64,000 nucleotides of DNA from Phyllosticta citribraziliensis (lineage: Eukaryota). The notes under the pieces were generated by a model. That model was not told the DNA's origin and did no database searches. It was given only the letters and a program-made list of their open reading frames with translations. The stretch's first letter is position 1, and each line of letters opens with the position of its first letter. The position numbers and the translations under genes were made by a program. The stretch is taken from the NCBI RefSeq assembly GCF_038025025.1, contig NW_027117346.1:1364001-1428000 (forward strand). The letters run 5' to 3'. Positions 12,358 to 24,545 of the stretch are shown piece by piece.

Positions 12358-13751
12358 AATGGAGCCTTGAAGATGAAGATCTGGTCGGAAAGGCTGACGA
12401 AGGCGCCTTGGACAGTTTCCTCACCGAATAGAGAAACTGAGTTCTTTATGCCATGTTTGCCCAACAGAGTTTGCTTGTCAGGACAGAACCAACAGAGAAT
12501 CGTTATGACGAACAACATCTTGTGACTTTCGCATTCCAACATGTGTCGTTGATTCATATCGCTTGTTCCCTTGCGTCTTTGCGGAAGCTTCGGTCAGCCA
12601 TCAGACAATGAGCAATCAGATTGCTGTCTCTTGACCAGTGCAGATGCACGGGCAGGTACTGGAGTATCGAAACGTTTCCGTTGACTCGGCTTGAGGACCG
12701 GGCTTCATGGCAAAAATGAGCTAGAACATTTTGATGAGTTGGATCTTGGCTCTGCGGACTTTTGCGTTCACATAATTCTGGCCTAAGTTGTCCCGACTGT
12801 TGGAGTGTATGAAAGCTCCCCGTCTGCTTTCCCGTTTCTTTGCTGTGTCACAACTTTTTCACCAAGCCTCGGTTGCTCAATCGCCACACAAAGAACCCCG
12901 CGCAAAGAGGGGCATCTAGAGTCGCAAAACAAATGTGCAGACAGAACCAACTTGTACGCAACAAGAAGTCCTGTTTGGGGCGACTCGAGACAGAAACATG
13001 GACACTCTGCACTACCCCGCGGATCGCACAATCGACAAGTTCAGCGTCATCGACCAAAAATGGGCAACACGAAGAGGCGCGTGATGGTGCAGAGTAAGAA
13101 TGCCGAGAATATCAGAGCCTTAACGGTTCTTCCAGGCTCTGCAAGCCACGCTGACTGCAGCTTACTACGAGGTAATACCAGCGCTCCTTCCTTATTGTCT
13201 GCTGATATTAGCGAAAAGCGAACATTCATCCCAGGGATTCTTTCCAATCGGTGTCGGACAGCTTCAGCCACGCGTATTTTGCTGCTCCATGGCTATACAC
13301 CATCCTTTCGCGCAAACCCACTGTGAGATCTTGGGTGCTCTGACAGTGTTGAACAGCCACGCTCGGCAGGTTGACTTGAACTGTACGGTTTGCGGCGAGA
13401 CAGCGCCTCAGTCGCGGCGGCCCCCAACCTACTGCACCAACAGAGCCTCGACAGGAAGCAAGCTGCATTCTCGCCGCGGATCCCGATGGCAATGCTGATA
13501 GCAATCCGACTGGAGCGTGTATGAATAAACACCTGGTCAACTTGCCACCCGTGTTGGTGCGATTCCAGCAGCGAAAGATGTCCTCAGTCCAACAATAGTT
13601 AGTCAGCCAGTCTCTCACCCTCCCGCATCATCTACTCTTTCTTTCTCTCTGCTCTCCAATTCATACCCGCACCAACGCCATTTTCGGGCTCCCCCTCTCA
13701 CCCCGCTTTCGACGTCACTCGAGCTATTCTCAGCATGATCCTCTATTCCTG

Positions 13752-14890
13752 ATGTCTTTGAATCACTTGTTCGCCCGCGAAGACTACGGATTCGGTTGTC
13801 CGGACGGAGGAGAATGGTATTCCTGCGGAAGTGGAACAAAATTTGTCGGCTGTTGTACCAAAGACCCCTGCAATGATGTCGGATGCGGCGATGGGACTTT
13901 GAAAAAGGCGACCTTCGACTCGTCGAAATACGGAGAGTTTCCGGACCTCTCATGCAACGCTGGCAATTTCTACACTTGCAACTTCACGTCACCGCCGTTC
14001 TGGGGATGCTGTACGGAATCCCCCTGCGGAAACACCACAGGCTGTCCTCAGAGCGATCTCGCGGCGGCATTTCTACCAAACAACGCGGCGCAAGCAAGCC
14101 CGTACTCTCCCACCGGAGGACCATCGACAACAGCTACATCGACTGCGACTTCAACTCCCTCCTCCGGCGACGACTCTCATGGCACCGGAACGGTCATCGG
14201 AGCGGCTGTTGGCGGAGCAGTGGCAGGCTGCCTCATCCTTGGACTAGCAATATGGTTCTGTCTTCGACATCGGCGCAAGACTCGAGCAAAACAAACCAAG
14301 GACGACATTCCCGCCGAGGAGATACCAGCAGTCAAGCCCGAGCTTTCAGCAAGTGACTCCGTGAGAATCAAAGGTTTGAGACACTCTCACCACAAGATCA
14401 AAGCCTCAACTAACGCGATCCAATTGCAGGAGCGGTCTACCCACCGCGCTACTCTTCCATTGTCAACACCGAAGCATTTGAGCTGGAAGACACAGGGCGA
14501 GGGACCTCTGAGCTCCAGGGCGACGACGCATCGCACATCCGGCCCGAGCTGGATGGAAGTGACGTCGGCGACACCATGTCCGAGTTGGATGGCAGCTCCG
14601 CTCCATCATCACCACGTGGCTTGCGCCGCTCCGCCATGGTGGCTGCAGCCAGAGTCAAGAAACTAGCCCCGTCGCATGGGGGCGGCGGCGACGAAAAGTC
14701 GGAACTATCCGTGTCAGCCCACGGCAGTCCAAAATCGTCGCCCTCGCCGCATAGCATGTCTTTTCCGAGGGACAGTGACAGCGCCGTCAGCAGCGAGGCC
14801 TCGTCACCTTTGACCCCGAGATTCCTCGCCCCGCACGCGTCGCCGAAGCATCCGCCGATTATCGAGGAGACGAGAGAGGATCATGGGTGA
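13752..14890 (+). CDS. Single-pass membrane protein with two Cys-rich extracellular repeats, S/T stalk and cytoplasmic PPxY/ELxG tail
   Basis: CPDGGEWYSC..FVGCCTKDPC and CNAGNFYTC..FWGCCTESPC; TM segment VIGAAVGGAVAGCLILGLAIWFCL followed by RHRRK. Intron 14374..14429 gives AVYPPRYSS..ELQGD..ELDGS and joins the 14576..14890 ORF. Confidence 0.8.
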
Positions 14891-15893
14891 GCTGTACTCT
14901 GTTGTTATCTTTTGTCTGGTGGTTCAGATGTTATTGATCATCCGCGCGTTTCTTGACGCAGAAGCGTCGACTGTTTGAGGAGCCGCTCGGCTGTTGTTGC
15001 CATATTCGTCTCGAAGATATTGATTGGGCGTTTCTTATTCTCGACTATTCTTGTAAATAGATTGTAATCACTTTGAAAATGATACAACATACTGGAAACC
15101 TTCTGCCTCCAGCAATCCACCACTCTCAATCGCATCCAAGACAGTTCAACAAGGTCACAGATCAACAGATGCTGGGACCCCGCACTGACCGACGAGGCTG
15201 AAGATCACCGCAGGCTAAAGGCCCTCAGCTGCAGCTTACCTTACTGAACGCCAAACGCTAACTTGTTTTTGGCAGTTGCTGGAGCTCGAAGCCCTACAAC
15301 ATCGACGCCAAGGGCTGTGAATATTGATCAGACTATAGCCCACGCCGGGCATTGGCACTCTTGGGAGAATCGTATTAGAGCAATTGTGGCCGATGTGTCG
15401 GTACTTGGCGCGGGAGTGGGTCGCCACTTGGCCCTGTGGGAAACGTTGCCTGCGTTATCGCGCACAGCTGCAGGGCGCGGAGGACGTGGCGAGCTGGTGC
15501 CATGTCCGCCCCAGCCGGCTGCGACGAGTAACAGAGTGCCTGAAACGTAGACCTGAGACCTGGTTCTTCACCAACCGTGCAAAGTTGTGGCCAATGTAAA
15601 ATCAGGATACTTTCATGAATGCCCAAGTTCGTGTCAAGTGTCCTTCTTCGTAGAGGCTGAGGTCTCGGTAAGCCAGAAACAAGGGTCTAAGCCAGATGCA
15701 TTCGCAATCGGGACTGTCTTACCTGTAGCCTACACATGGCTTTTTTGACTGCATCTGAAGAGGTAACATGAGAAGAAAATGTCTTTTGCAAGGACATGGC
15801 CTTGTGGCGGACATCTGCTCAAAAGGCTGAAAGAGCCGCAGGCCGCAAAGACGGCCGCCGATCTTCTGTTTTGCATCCAGAACAGTCTCGAAA

Positions 15894-16674
15894 ATGTTTC
15901 TCAAGTCAATTCTGTGCGCAATCTGTTTGTTGCACTTTTTTCAAGTCGTTGGAGCCGCTAACACCACTCTGTCGTGGAATGCATCGACAACGGGGTCAAG
16001 TCCCTACCCAGTGGACACCGTGAGCGCAACATGCGGAAAGTCTGCCGGTTTCATGTGTAAATCGGACGGAGTGTCGCCTTGCTGCAGTCAATTCGGGTAT
16101 GTCGACCACATTTCGCGTTCTTTGCTTGGACTAACGCGACATCAAACACCAGACAATGCGGAGGAACAGCAGAATTTTGCGGCTCAGGTTGCCAGGACGA
16201 ATTTGGCAGTTGCAGAGTACCGAATGCTACCCTCGGCAACCCAGCATGTAGCTGGGCCGGCGAAGGCACAAGTCCACGTTGTGACGGGCGCTGTGGAAGC
16301 CAATTCAACGGCTCCATCTGCAACGAAGACGCTGGTCCCAATGATTTTGCTCGATACGGCGTCTATCAGTATGGACAGTGCTGCAGTTCTTCCGGGTAAG
16401 CCAGGTCCGGACTAATGTTGTTAAATCCTCATCTCATGGCGTTCCCAGATTTTGTGGAAGCACATCCCTCCATTGCGAAGCGGACAAGGGCTGCCAAAGC
16501 GGGTGCGACGGAGAGTCTCCGTCTGCATCTTCAAGCGGGGCAACGGTCACAGTTACGGCATCTGGATCGCAAGCTAGCTCCACCTCCGGAGCTGTTGCCA
16601 TCTTGAAAAGTGCTGGTCCTGGTGTTGGGTACCTGGCGCTGCTCTTGTCGTTGTTTGGGATATTGCTCCAATAA
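15894..16674 (+). CDS. Secreted, probably GPI-anchored chitin-binding protein with two hevein (CBM18) domains, 3 exons
   Basis: Signal peptide; CCSQFG|QCGGTAEFCGSGCQDEFGSC and CCSSSG|FCGSTSLHC..GCQSGC; introns 16097..16152 and 16396..16448; S/T linker and hydrophobic C-terminus. Confidence 0.88.
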
Positions 16675-17474
16675 TTTTGGTCTTGGCGGGGTCGAATGAT
16701 GGAGAACTTGATCAATCGTTTCTATTGCTTCTTGTCTGTGTAGACTGTAAAGATGTTTGTTCTATAAATTTCAAGATCAAATCTAGAGCCTGAAAGCCGA
16801 TTCCAAATGCATCCAAGGCCTCAAAGGGGGCTGTGTGGATTGATTGCGCGTCTCGCCGTCTCCTAGTAACCCAGTGTCGATTTTCGAGGCCACCGAGCTC
16901 ATTCGGATAACGTCAGATTTGAACAAGCCAAGCTGCAAGTGATGCATGTGGAGCAGGGAAGCTGCTCGAGCTGGACTGCTCGAGTTCTCGCCAGCTGAAC
17001 GCATCAAGGTTGAATGGCTCTTCTTCGTGCGGGAGACAGGGACATCACGAAGAGGCTTTGGCTTGCGGATGACGTCGCAGTGCTGCCTTGACTAGGGCGT
17101 TGTCCGTAAACCGACCAGCGACGCAAAAGGGAAACGCTGCAGCTGGCCGGAACTGGCCCTAGAATCGATCGCTAGTGCGGCTCGTGGTGTTAAAACTTTC
17201 GGCAACGTGGAGAGAGAGGCGTTGCAAGGCCCAGGCGGGCCCCAACCTCGTGCATGATGTGGAGCCAACTACATGGGAGCCGACAGCCGTGCGGTCGGTC
17301 GTCGCCTTTGCATGAGGCCGTTTATCCAAATGGACTTCAGTCTAAGCAAGATGCATGCAGACTTGCTCATCTCCGGGAGACATGCAACTGAATTTCCGAA
17401 GCGATGGAGCAGTATGAGAAGCTATACTGCAGTTCCGGGTTTGACCAGACCCTGAAACTCCATGGCTGATTTCG

Positions 17475-18848
17475 TCAATCTTCGAAGTCGATCTCGAGGG
17501 CGGCGCTCCGAACAGCGTTCTTGATGTTCTTTTTGATATTCTCTTCGACGTCTTTCATCTCTTCGCTTACAAAGTCCCGCAGCTCGATTTTGGCATCCAG
17601 GAATTGGTCTTCAAAATTATCCTTTGTATCGCCATCCAGTTCGTAGCGAAGGTCGTCCAGTTCGATAGCCAGGCGGTCATCAAATGCTTCAGTGGATTCC
17701 TGGACAGCCCGATGAACGGTATCGTCGAGTTGAGAGGGTAGGGATTCCTGGATTTGGCATACTGCCCCTCTCAGGGCAGCTATACTTCGTTCAGCCATTT
17801 CAAGGCGATCCTCAACACCGTCCTCAACAGTGCTGACAGTACTCAAGGACTCCTGCGTCCCATTTGGGGCCTCGAAATTCGGGAGCTCTTCGGTCTGAGT
17901 AGAAGCATCCGCAGTGTTTTTGCGGCGAGCATGCAACACAGTTTGCAGGGCGACTACTTGTTCAGAAAGCAAAGCGAACTGTTTCGCGTGCTCTGCCAAA
18001 GCCTCCTGCCAAGACTCTCGATTTTCCATGAGCTGTGGCGCCTCCTTCGGGGATTGGCTTGAGATCTCTTCTCGTGGTTTCTTTGCCGAAGAGCATTGTG
18101 TAGGATCCGTAGATAAATGCGGTGACCCATCTTCACGTTTTCGCCGTCGTGAACTCTGTGTTTTGGGCGAAGTCGCCTCAACATAGGGCGGCGGGCTTTC
18201 CAATTTCTCATTAAAAAGTCGTAAAGAATCGGGCGCAGAGAGGTCTTGGAGACTCTGTAGGCAGCGACCACCCTCACCCGCATACAGCGTGTCGATGATG
18301 TGGTTGTCGAATTTGAGGAGGCCATCAAGGAGGCTCCTTCGCATGTGCTCTAGTCGCAAAGCGTTGATAGAAGTCAAGGGTAGGTAGATGATGAGCGCAT
18401 TGGACTGGCCGAGCGAGAAGAGGGTTTCCAGAATTTTTCGCGACGCCGCCGTTTTGGGAGAAGTTGCAGTCTTTGGACCAATGACATGGCCTGGAGCATG
18501 GAGAGTCATCCGCAATCCAACAATGTCTTCCGACGATGAACACTTATCACCATGCACAAAAGCGCTGACAACATTCTCAGGCACAAATCCATTTAATATT
18601 TCCAGATCCAGAAAATGGTTGGGCTCAAGCAAGTGGTACACGGGGACCTTTTTGTCGGAGCTCTTCAACTTCACAGAAACCCGCAGTCTGCAATACATGC
18701 AGAGGGACTTTTCATCAAAGCTGACGTCGAGTATAGCTGGGCCGGAAGACTTATCGCCGACGAATCGCTGCTCGCCGCTCTCTGCGTTCCACTGCGCTAC
18801 GGCGGGAGCGTTCGATATCAGGGAGCCACTCGACGAAGGATGAGCCAT
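17475..18848 (-). CDS. Hypothetical protein (globular N-terminus, SPPPY motif, basic RRRKR, acidic coiled-coil C-terminus)
   Basis: Uninterrupted 457-aa ORF with protein-like composition. Confidence 0.75.
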   Translation of the reverse strand: MAHPSSSGSLISNAPAVAQWNAESGEQRFVGDKSSGPAILDVSFDEKSLCMYCRLRVSVKLKSSDKKVPVYHLLEPNHFLDLEILNGFVPENVVSAFVHGDKCSSSEDIVGLRMTLHAPGHVIGPKTATSPKTAASRKILETLFSLGQSNALIIYLPLTSINALRLEHMRRSLLDGLLKFDNHIIDTLYAGEGGRCLQSLQDLSAPDSLRLFNEKLESPPPYVEATSPKTQSSRRRKREDGSPHLSTDPTQCSSAKKPREEISSQSPKEAPQLMENRESWQEALAEHAKQFALLSEQVVALQTVLHARRKNTADASTQTEELPNFEAPNGTQESLSTVSTVEDGVEDRLEMAERSIAALRGAVCQIQESLPSQLDDTVHRAVQESTEAFDDRLAIELDDLRYELDGDTKDNFEDQFLDAKIELRDFVSEEMKDVEENIKKNIKNAVRSAALEIDFED

Positions 18849-19999
18849 TACGGAGCGATGGCAGAGATCAAGGTGAGAGTCAACGGGAGTTCAATGTGAT
18901 GATCTGCAAATGAAAATCAGCGAACAACTCGAAGATGGATCGCATTAGACACCCTGCGCATTTCAGCGCAGAATCCCTCCCGCCCAGGCTTTGCGAATGT
19001 TGGATTCTGAGCAGCCTTAACTCTGCAGAAGACGACCATGCCGGACCGCTAGAACTCTGGATGTTCCGAGAGAATCCACGACCGGAGCCGCATGGCCCCT
19101 ACAGACCCCAAGACCTTTGGCACAGACATTTCAGACTAGCCTCCGGGTTCCTGGAAGGATGGCCTGCTCGCAGACTCTCAAGTTCCAACTTGAGCCCCAG
19201 CAGACAAGCACGATGATCCGCGCGATGCGAATATCTGTGGATTCGTTCTGCAATGTGCCGCGACCTACCCCATCCACCCGACCGAGCTTTGTAGAGCAGC
19301 TCTGACTCTGTGAAGGAGATGTGTTGTCGGAATTACATTTGAGAAACCGTGTAGAGTGGAAGGCAAGGCCAGAGTGCGGTCGCGTCAGGGCTTCGTTCGG
19401 TCGGCAGTGTGGGCTATGACATCAAAAGGCGCATGGCGAAAGACTCGACCAAAACCGAAAGGCGCGGCACGGCCGAAGAGTGCGGCAGTGATGCAGAGAT
19501 GGTGACCGGCGATGGTAGGCAATGGTGGCTGGGATGAACGGTGTGAAGCAGACGACTGGTGGCTGGGAGTCGCAGCGGGAGAGGGGCGGAAGACGGAAGA
19601 TTGGTTTCTCCGGTGGCGGAGCGGAGCGGAGCGGAGGCGGACAAAGCGACCGTCAGATGCCCCGCCCAGCCCAAGCAACAACAAACATGTCGACGCGACG
19701 GCAAATGATGACCAGAGCGTCAAAAAATGCTGAGATTTCATTGATTTGCTTTCCACTAACAGCTATGCTAATCATTCACCAAGCTTTCTCTCCCGTCTGA
19801 TGGTGGACATGTTGGAGCGGAGGATTCGCCGAGCAGTGCAGTCTCGCGTTTCGATCAACCAGACCATGTCTTCGACGTGCAGATGTATTCAGAAGGAAAA
19901 AGCAGAGAAAAAGTTTTGATCGCCGGAGCAACAAAGTCGTGTGAAGGAGGGAAAGAAAGGTTGCGAAGGGGTTTCCAAATTGCAAGGTGCTTCCAATGT

Positions 20000-21001
20000 C
20001 TACTCGTAGGCATCGATAGCCTCGTCCAAAGTACCATCGATCGCAGATTTCTGGCCCTTGGCGCACTCGGAGCGCGCTGGAATCAGGTCGATGAGGGCGA
20101 ATGCGAGCTGGTCAACGATACCCTCCACACCGCGCAAGACGGCCGCAATCGTTGAGCCGACGGTGTTGAACTGGCGCGCTTCGAGCGAAGCAGATCCTCC
20201 GTCCGCACTCAAAAAGGCCGTGACTTCGGCGGCGTAGGCGGCCTCGGCAAAAGGGCTACTCTCCAGCAATCCAGACCGGCCGATGATGATGTTCAAGAGA
20301 GCCTGGTGAACGCGAACAAACGAAGTCAATGCGACCACGATTGCATCCGTATCACAGCCTGGAGGAAATGGAGGGAGTACCGTGATGCGCGGAACCGCAG
20401 GTGTCAATGTGCTGATGACCTCGCGCAATCCCCTCAAAAGATCGGTGAGTGGAGTGAGTGGGGCTCGAGTGTCCAGAAAGCCAGGCTCAGAACGCCTGCC
20501 GTTTGCACTGGTTGAATCTGCAAAGAGCTGTTTCGCCGCAGGCTGGAGGTTTTCCGAGAGAAGAGTGACTTTGTTGATGGCCTCGATGACGGACTGGCCG
20601 GCCTTGTTGACGCCTGCAGCACAGCCTTTGAGAGGGCATGCGGACGTCGCAGAAGTATCAGGACCGGTCGAAGTTCCACTCGGAAGAGCGAATGGCTCGC
20701 AAGTTCCACCGAGCGGAGTGGCGACGACAACTTGGGTGGCGTTCAAAGAGAGGTTGATGAAGGTCGAAGTAGTCGGTTCGGCTTGTGGAGGCAGGAAGAT
20801 GGTCTGAGTTCCCGGAACAAAGTCTCCATTGGGAACTGCGACCACGACGAATGCAGAAACAGTTTCCCCACAAGCAGGAACGGTGCTGGTGAATGCCGAT
20901 CCTTCGGTGGGAACAGGCACCGTCAAAGTCTCCAGAGCAGGCTTGAAGGCGCGAGCAAAGGCGCCAATAAACAGCGGGAAGGCAGCAAAGACAGTCTTCA
21001 T
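20000..21001 (-). CDS. Secreted UVI-1-like protein with N-terminal extension
   Basis: Signal-like MKTVFAAFPLFIGAFARA at 21001; FVRVHQALLNIIIG and AAVLRGVEGIVDQLAFALID match my recall of the UVI-1 family; TATAAAA about 80 nt upstream. Confidence 0.75.
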   Translation of the reverse strand: MKTVFAAFPLFIGAFARAFKPALETLTVPVPTEGSAFTSTVPACGETVSAFVVVAVPNGDFVPGTQTIFLPPQAEPTTSTFINLSLNATQVVVATPLGGTCEPFALPSGTSTGPDTSATSACPLKGCAAGVNKAGQSVIEAINKVTLLSENLQPAAKQLFADSTSANGRRSEPGFLDTRAPLTPLTDLLRGLREVISTLTPAVPRITVLPPFPPGCDTDAIVVALTSFVRVHQALLNIIIGRSGLLESSPFAEAAYAAEVTAFLSADGGSASLEARQFNTVGSTIAAVLRGVEGIVDQLAFALIDLIPARSECAKGQKSAIDGTLDEAIDAYE

Positions 21002-22436
21002 CGTGAAAGTATAGTGAGTGAATCTTGAACAGAGTGGAATCTGGCTGATGATTTGAGAAACAGGGTGCTTGAGGGCTTTTTTATACACTTCAGTCCGATC
21101 TTGAGCGAAGTAGACACCAGATGTGATCGGCGAGCCGGTACCTGAGCAAATGCAGTACGAGTTACGTGACTCCAACTTGGACTTGTGGCTTCAGATCCAC
21201 AGACACTCGTCGGCGTTGCCGGAGCAAGTCTGTGTGACGAGGGCCTCCTGTCATGACGACGATCGCCACTCCATTCTTCAGAATGAGGATGCTCCCGCCT
21301 CCCTACGTACTTACGACTGGTCATATTCCATCAGAGCCGCGGGGTTGTCGTGCGAATTTCAACGGTTGGTGTTGCGGTACGGCACGGGCCGGTTGCCGGT
21401 GTCGTTGCGCAAGATTGGCACTACGTTGGACCACTCCCAAGTAAGTTTCCCCGCTGTGTAATTTAGGCAGGAAACCCAAGTGTCGTTCCGTCAAGTAATT
21501 TAAAGCTGCCAGGAGCCGCAAGACACTGCAGAAGTGAATCCTGATGCAACTAAGGTTTTGTGATACAATTGCCCAAGCAGGCTAGCGTACCGAGTCTACG
21601 ACAGCAGTGAGAAACAACTCGACCAGTGCTGGACTCACTTGTATCCAGAATCATGATATGGCTCGGAATTCGTTGAGACTTTTCCCTGGGGTCAAAACAC
21701 TTGCAGTGGCCGTGGCTGTTGGAAGAACTACCCACTATTTCTTCCGCGTTATGATGAACCGTCACGCGTAGAATGAAAGACTCTTGGTCACCCAAAGCCT
21801 GGAGACTGGCGACACAGGACAGGAAGACCGCTTGGGATCCGTGTGAAGGAGTCTCGACGATCCACGACTGCACAACCAGCTTGGTACGACTTTTTTGCCA
21901 GACTTGACGGATACCCGACTCGACTCACCGTCTAAGCGGCTCACGGCATTTCGGAGGGACCGACTAGCCAAGGCACGCCGAAGCGGAAGTTGATTGCAAG
22001 CAGAGAAATATTCCCGCGAGTCAATGTCAAAGAGCCGAAGCCTCCTGGTCCTGGGGCTCTATTTAGGAACCATTGGTTCGCAGTTGAAGCCAGATCAGAA
22101 GATTACAACTGGCTTCGACACCCAATATGGCCCAACAAGAAACAAGCAAAAGCTGGACCCATTTCGATGGTGATGGCTATGGAGAACAGCATCGGATCGG
22201 TGCAGCCGTCTCCAAATAATACGATGGTGCTCGGCCACATTCGGAATATGATGGCTCACAATTTTGGCCTTCAACCCGCAGTTGGTGAGGGCAAAATTCC
22301 CTCTTCTGCAGTGATGACGCTTATATCGGACGCCCGCAACTCCTGCCCCTCCTAGTGAGAGGCCAGCTCCAAGTTTCGAGGAGGACTTGTTCCATTGTAT
22401 CACGACAACACAATGAAGTCCACATACCACGGAACC

Positions 22437-24427
22437 ATGCTCAGACCGGCAATTTCGAGGAGGCACGGCTTGCCAACGTTGTCTATGGTTGCCTACGATC
22501 CTGCTCTTTTCGACATACGACGTTTCAGTGCGAAGGGAACTCATCAGAAGCCCGCTGTCAAGAGCATCGCCGTATTGGGAGGCGGGATCACGGGGCTGGC
22601 GGCTGCTTTCTTTGCGCACAGAAAATTTCCACAAGCTCAAATCACCCTTTTCGAAGTTTCCAATCGACTTGGGGGCGTAATCGACTCTTTGGCGGTTGAC
22701 GCAGGCGGAGGTAGAGAAATCATCTGCGAGACTGGCCCTCGCACCCTTCGTGCGAACGCGGCTCGATCAATCGTTACGGTCGACTTGGTACGGTGCCCTG
22801 TCTGCCTGTCGTGGCTCTACGCAACCCGCTAATGGAACGACGCAAATTCCACAGCTCAACTCTCTTGGCAAGCATCTCCCGCTTTCAAACCTGCTCTTCA
22901 CTCCTCGGTCTTCTGTTTCGGCATGTTCGCGCTACATTTTCCACCCGCCTTCTCCTGTCCCACTGCCCCCTGTCGACGTGTTCTACTCGATATCGGAGCG
23001 GCCCATGTTTCATCCTCAGTCTATCGTCATGGGGCTCAAGTCTGCTCACGCCATCCTCACACATCCATTCTTCGATGGTGGAGTCTCTGGGATCTTTCGC
23101 GACACCTTCCTGGCTCAACGTCCTCAAAATGTCGCCGAAGCAGGCGATGAGAGCATCCGCTCATTTGCGACGCGAAGATTTGGCCAGAGGATTGCTGACC
23201 ACGTCATTGCGCCTTTGATAGCTCATGGTCTGTATGCCGGCGATGCTGATCGATTGAGCGCTAGGACTTTGCTGCCCGGGATGTGGGACGCCGAAACCAG
23301 AGCGGAAGAGCGAGGAGGACTAGGTAGAGGAGTTGTTGGGGAGATGCTTCTAGGTCATTTGTGTCCCAGTATTCTCGGGAAAGATCACAAGTTTGGCAAT
23401 GGAGCTGGACAGCGTCTTGAGAACGCGGAGCAGCAGCCCTTTGCAAGCCACGCACGCAAGAGAGAGGCTGAACTTCTCGAAAGGCTGCGAAAGGGAACGG
23501 CAGGCGACTTGGAAAAGCTGCTCTTCAGAGATGTGGCCTGGTTCAGTTTCAAGCGCGGCGTGGCAGACCTGACAAGGGCTCTGGAGGCAGCCCTTCAGGA
23601 AAAAGCGCACGTCATATCGATTGAGAAAGGCTCCAGAGTGGAAAGCATTTCCAAATGTCAAGACGGTACTCTATTGGTCACGGTATGACTGTCTGGCCGA
23701 AGTACCCTCGCAATTGACTGACAGTCCGTAGGCGCGCTCCTCTTCCACCACCCAGACTCAGACTTTCACGCACGTCATCGCAACTACGCCCTTGAACTCT
23801 CTCCTCTCCATGACTTCCAACCCCCAGTCTCCTACCCCAACACACCCGGATCTCTCTCAAGAATCAAACTCCGTCATGATCGTGACCCTCTTCTACGCCT
23901 CTCCCGCCGCAAACCACCGCTACCGCGGCTTCGGCTACCTCATCCCAGCCTGCATCCCGCACTGCTGGAACCCGGAGCGCGCGCTCGCCGTCGTCTTCGA
24001 CTCGGACGCCATTGACGGGCAGGATGCCGGGCCGCGCGGCACCAAGATCAGCGTGGTTCTGGGAGGCCACTACTGGTCTGCCGCGTCGCAGCGCTCGATG
24101 TCGGGCTTGAGAGGAGAAGGAGAAGAACGCTTTCCCAGTCGGGACGAAGCTGTGGCCATGGCGAAGCAGCTGCTTGGACGGCATATCGGGCTGGTGGATG
24201 AGCCTGTGGTGGCGGTTGCGACGCTCCAGCGGGACGCGCTGCCTCAGTATACGGTGGGCCATCATGCTCGCGTGGCGCGAGTGCGCGAGTGGTTGCTTGC
24301 GAGTTTTGCGGGGAGGCTGCGCGTTGCGGGAAAATCGTATGGCGGGATTGGCGTTCATGATTGTGTTTTCTCTGCGCGAAGCGTTGTTGAAGGGTTGGAA
24401 GTGGAGAATGAGACCGGCCTTGAATGA
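22437..24427 (+). CDS. HEM14: Protoporphyrinogen oxidase, 3 exons
   Basis: IAVLGGGITGL FAD motif, ETGPRTLR, DESIRSFATRRFG, GLYAGD, LPQYTVGH, GIGVHDCV, terminal TGLE; introns 22788..22854 and 23683..23731; Arg-rich presequence MLRPAISRRHGL (alternative ATG at 22413). Confidence 0.9.
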
Positions 24428-24545
24428 ACGAGGCAAAACTGAGTACTCCAGCTTTTGGTAGCTTGAATGCTGCCTCCTGATCGTCGTTGAAGCGCACAAG
24501 TGGTTCGACCTGTGGCGCGGCATTGAAGACACTCGACTCTCGAGA

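Noticed and set aside
24440..24520. GGTTCGA T-loop-like motif (also near 44930)
   Set aside because: No cloverleaf stems or A-box could be formed, so not called as tRNA
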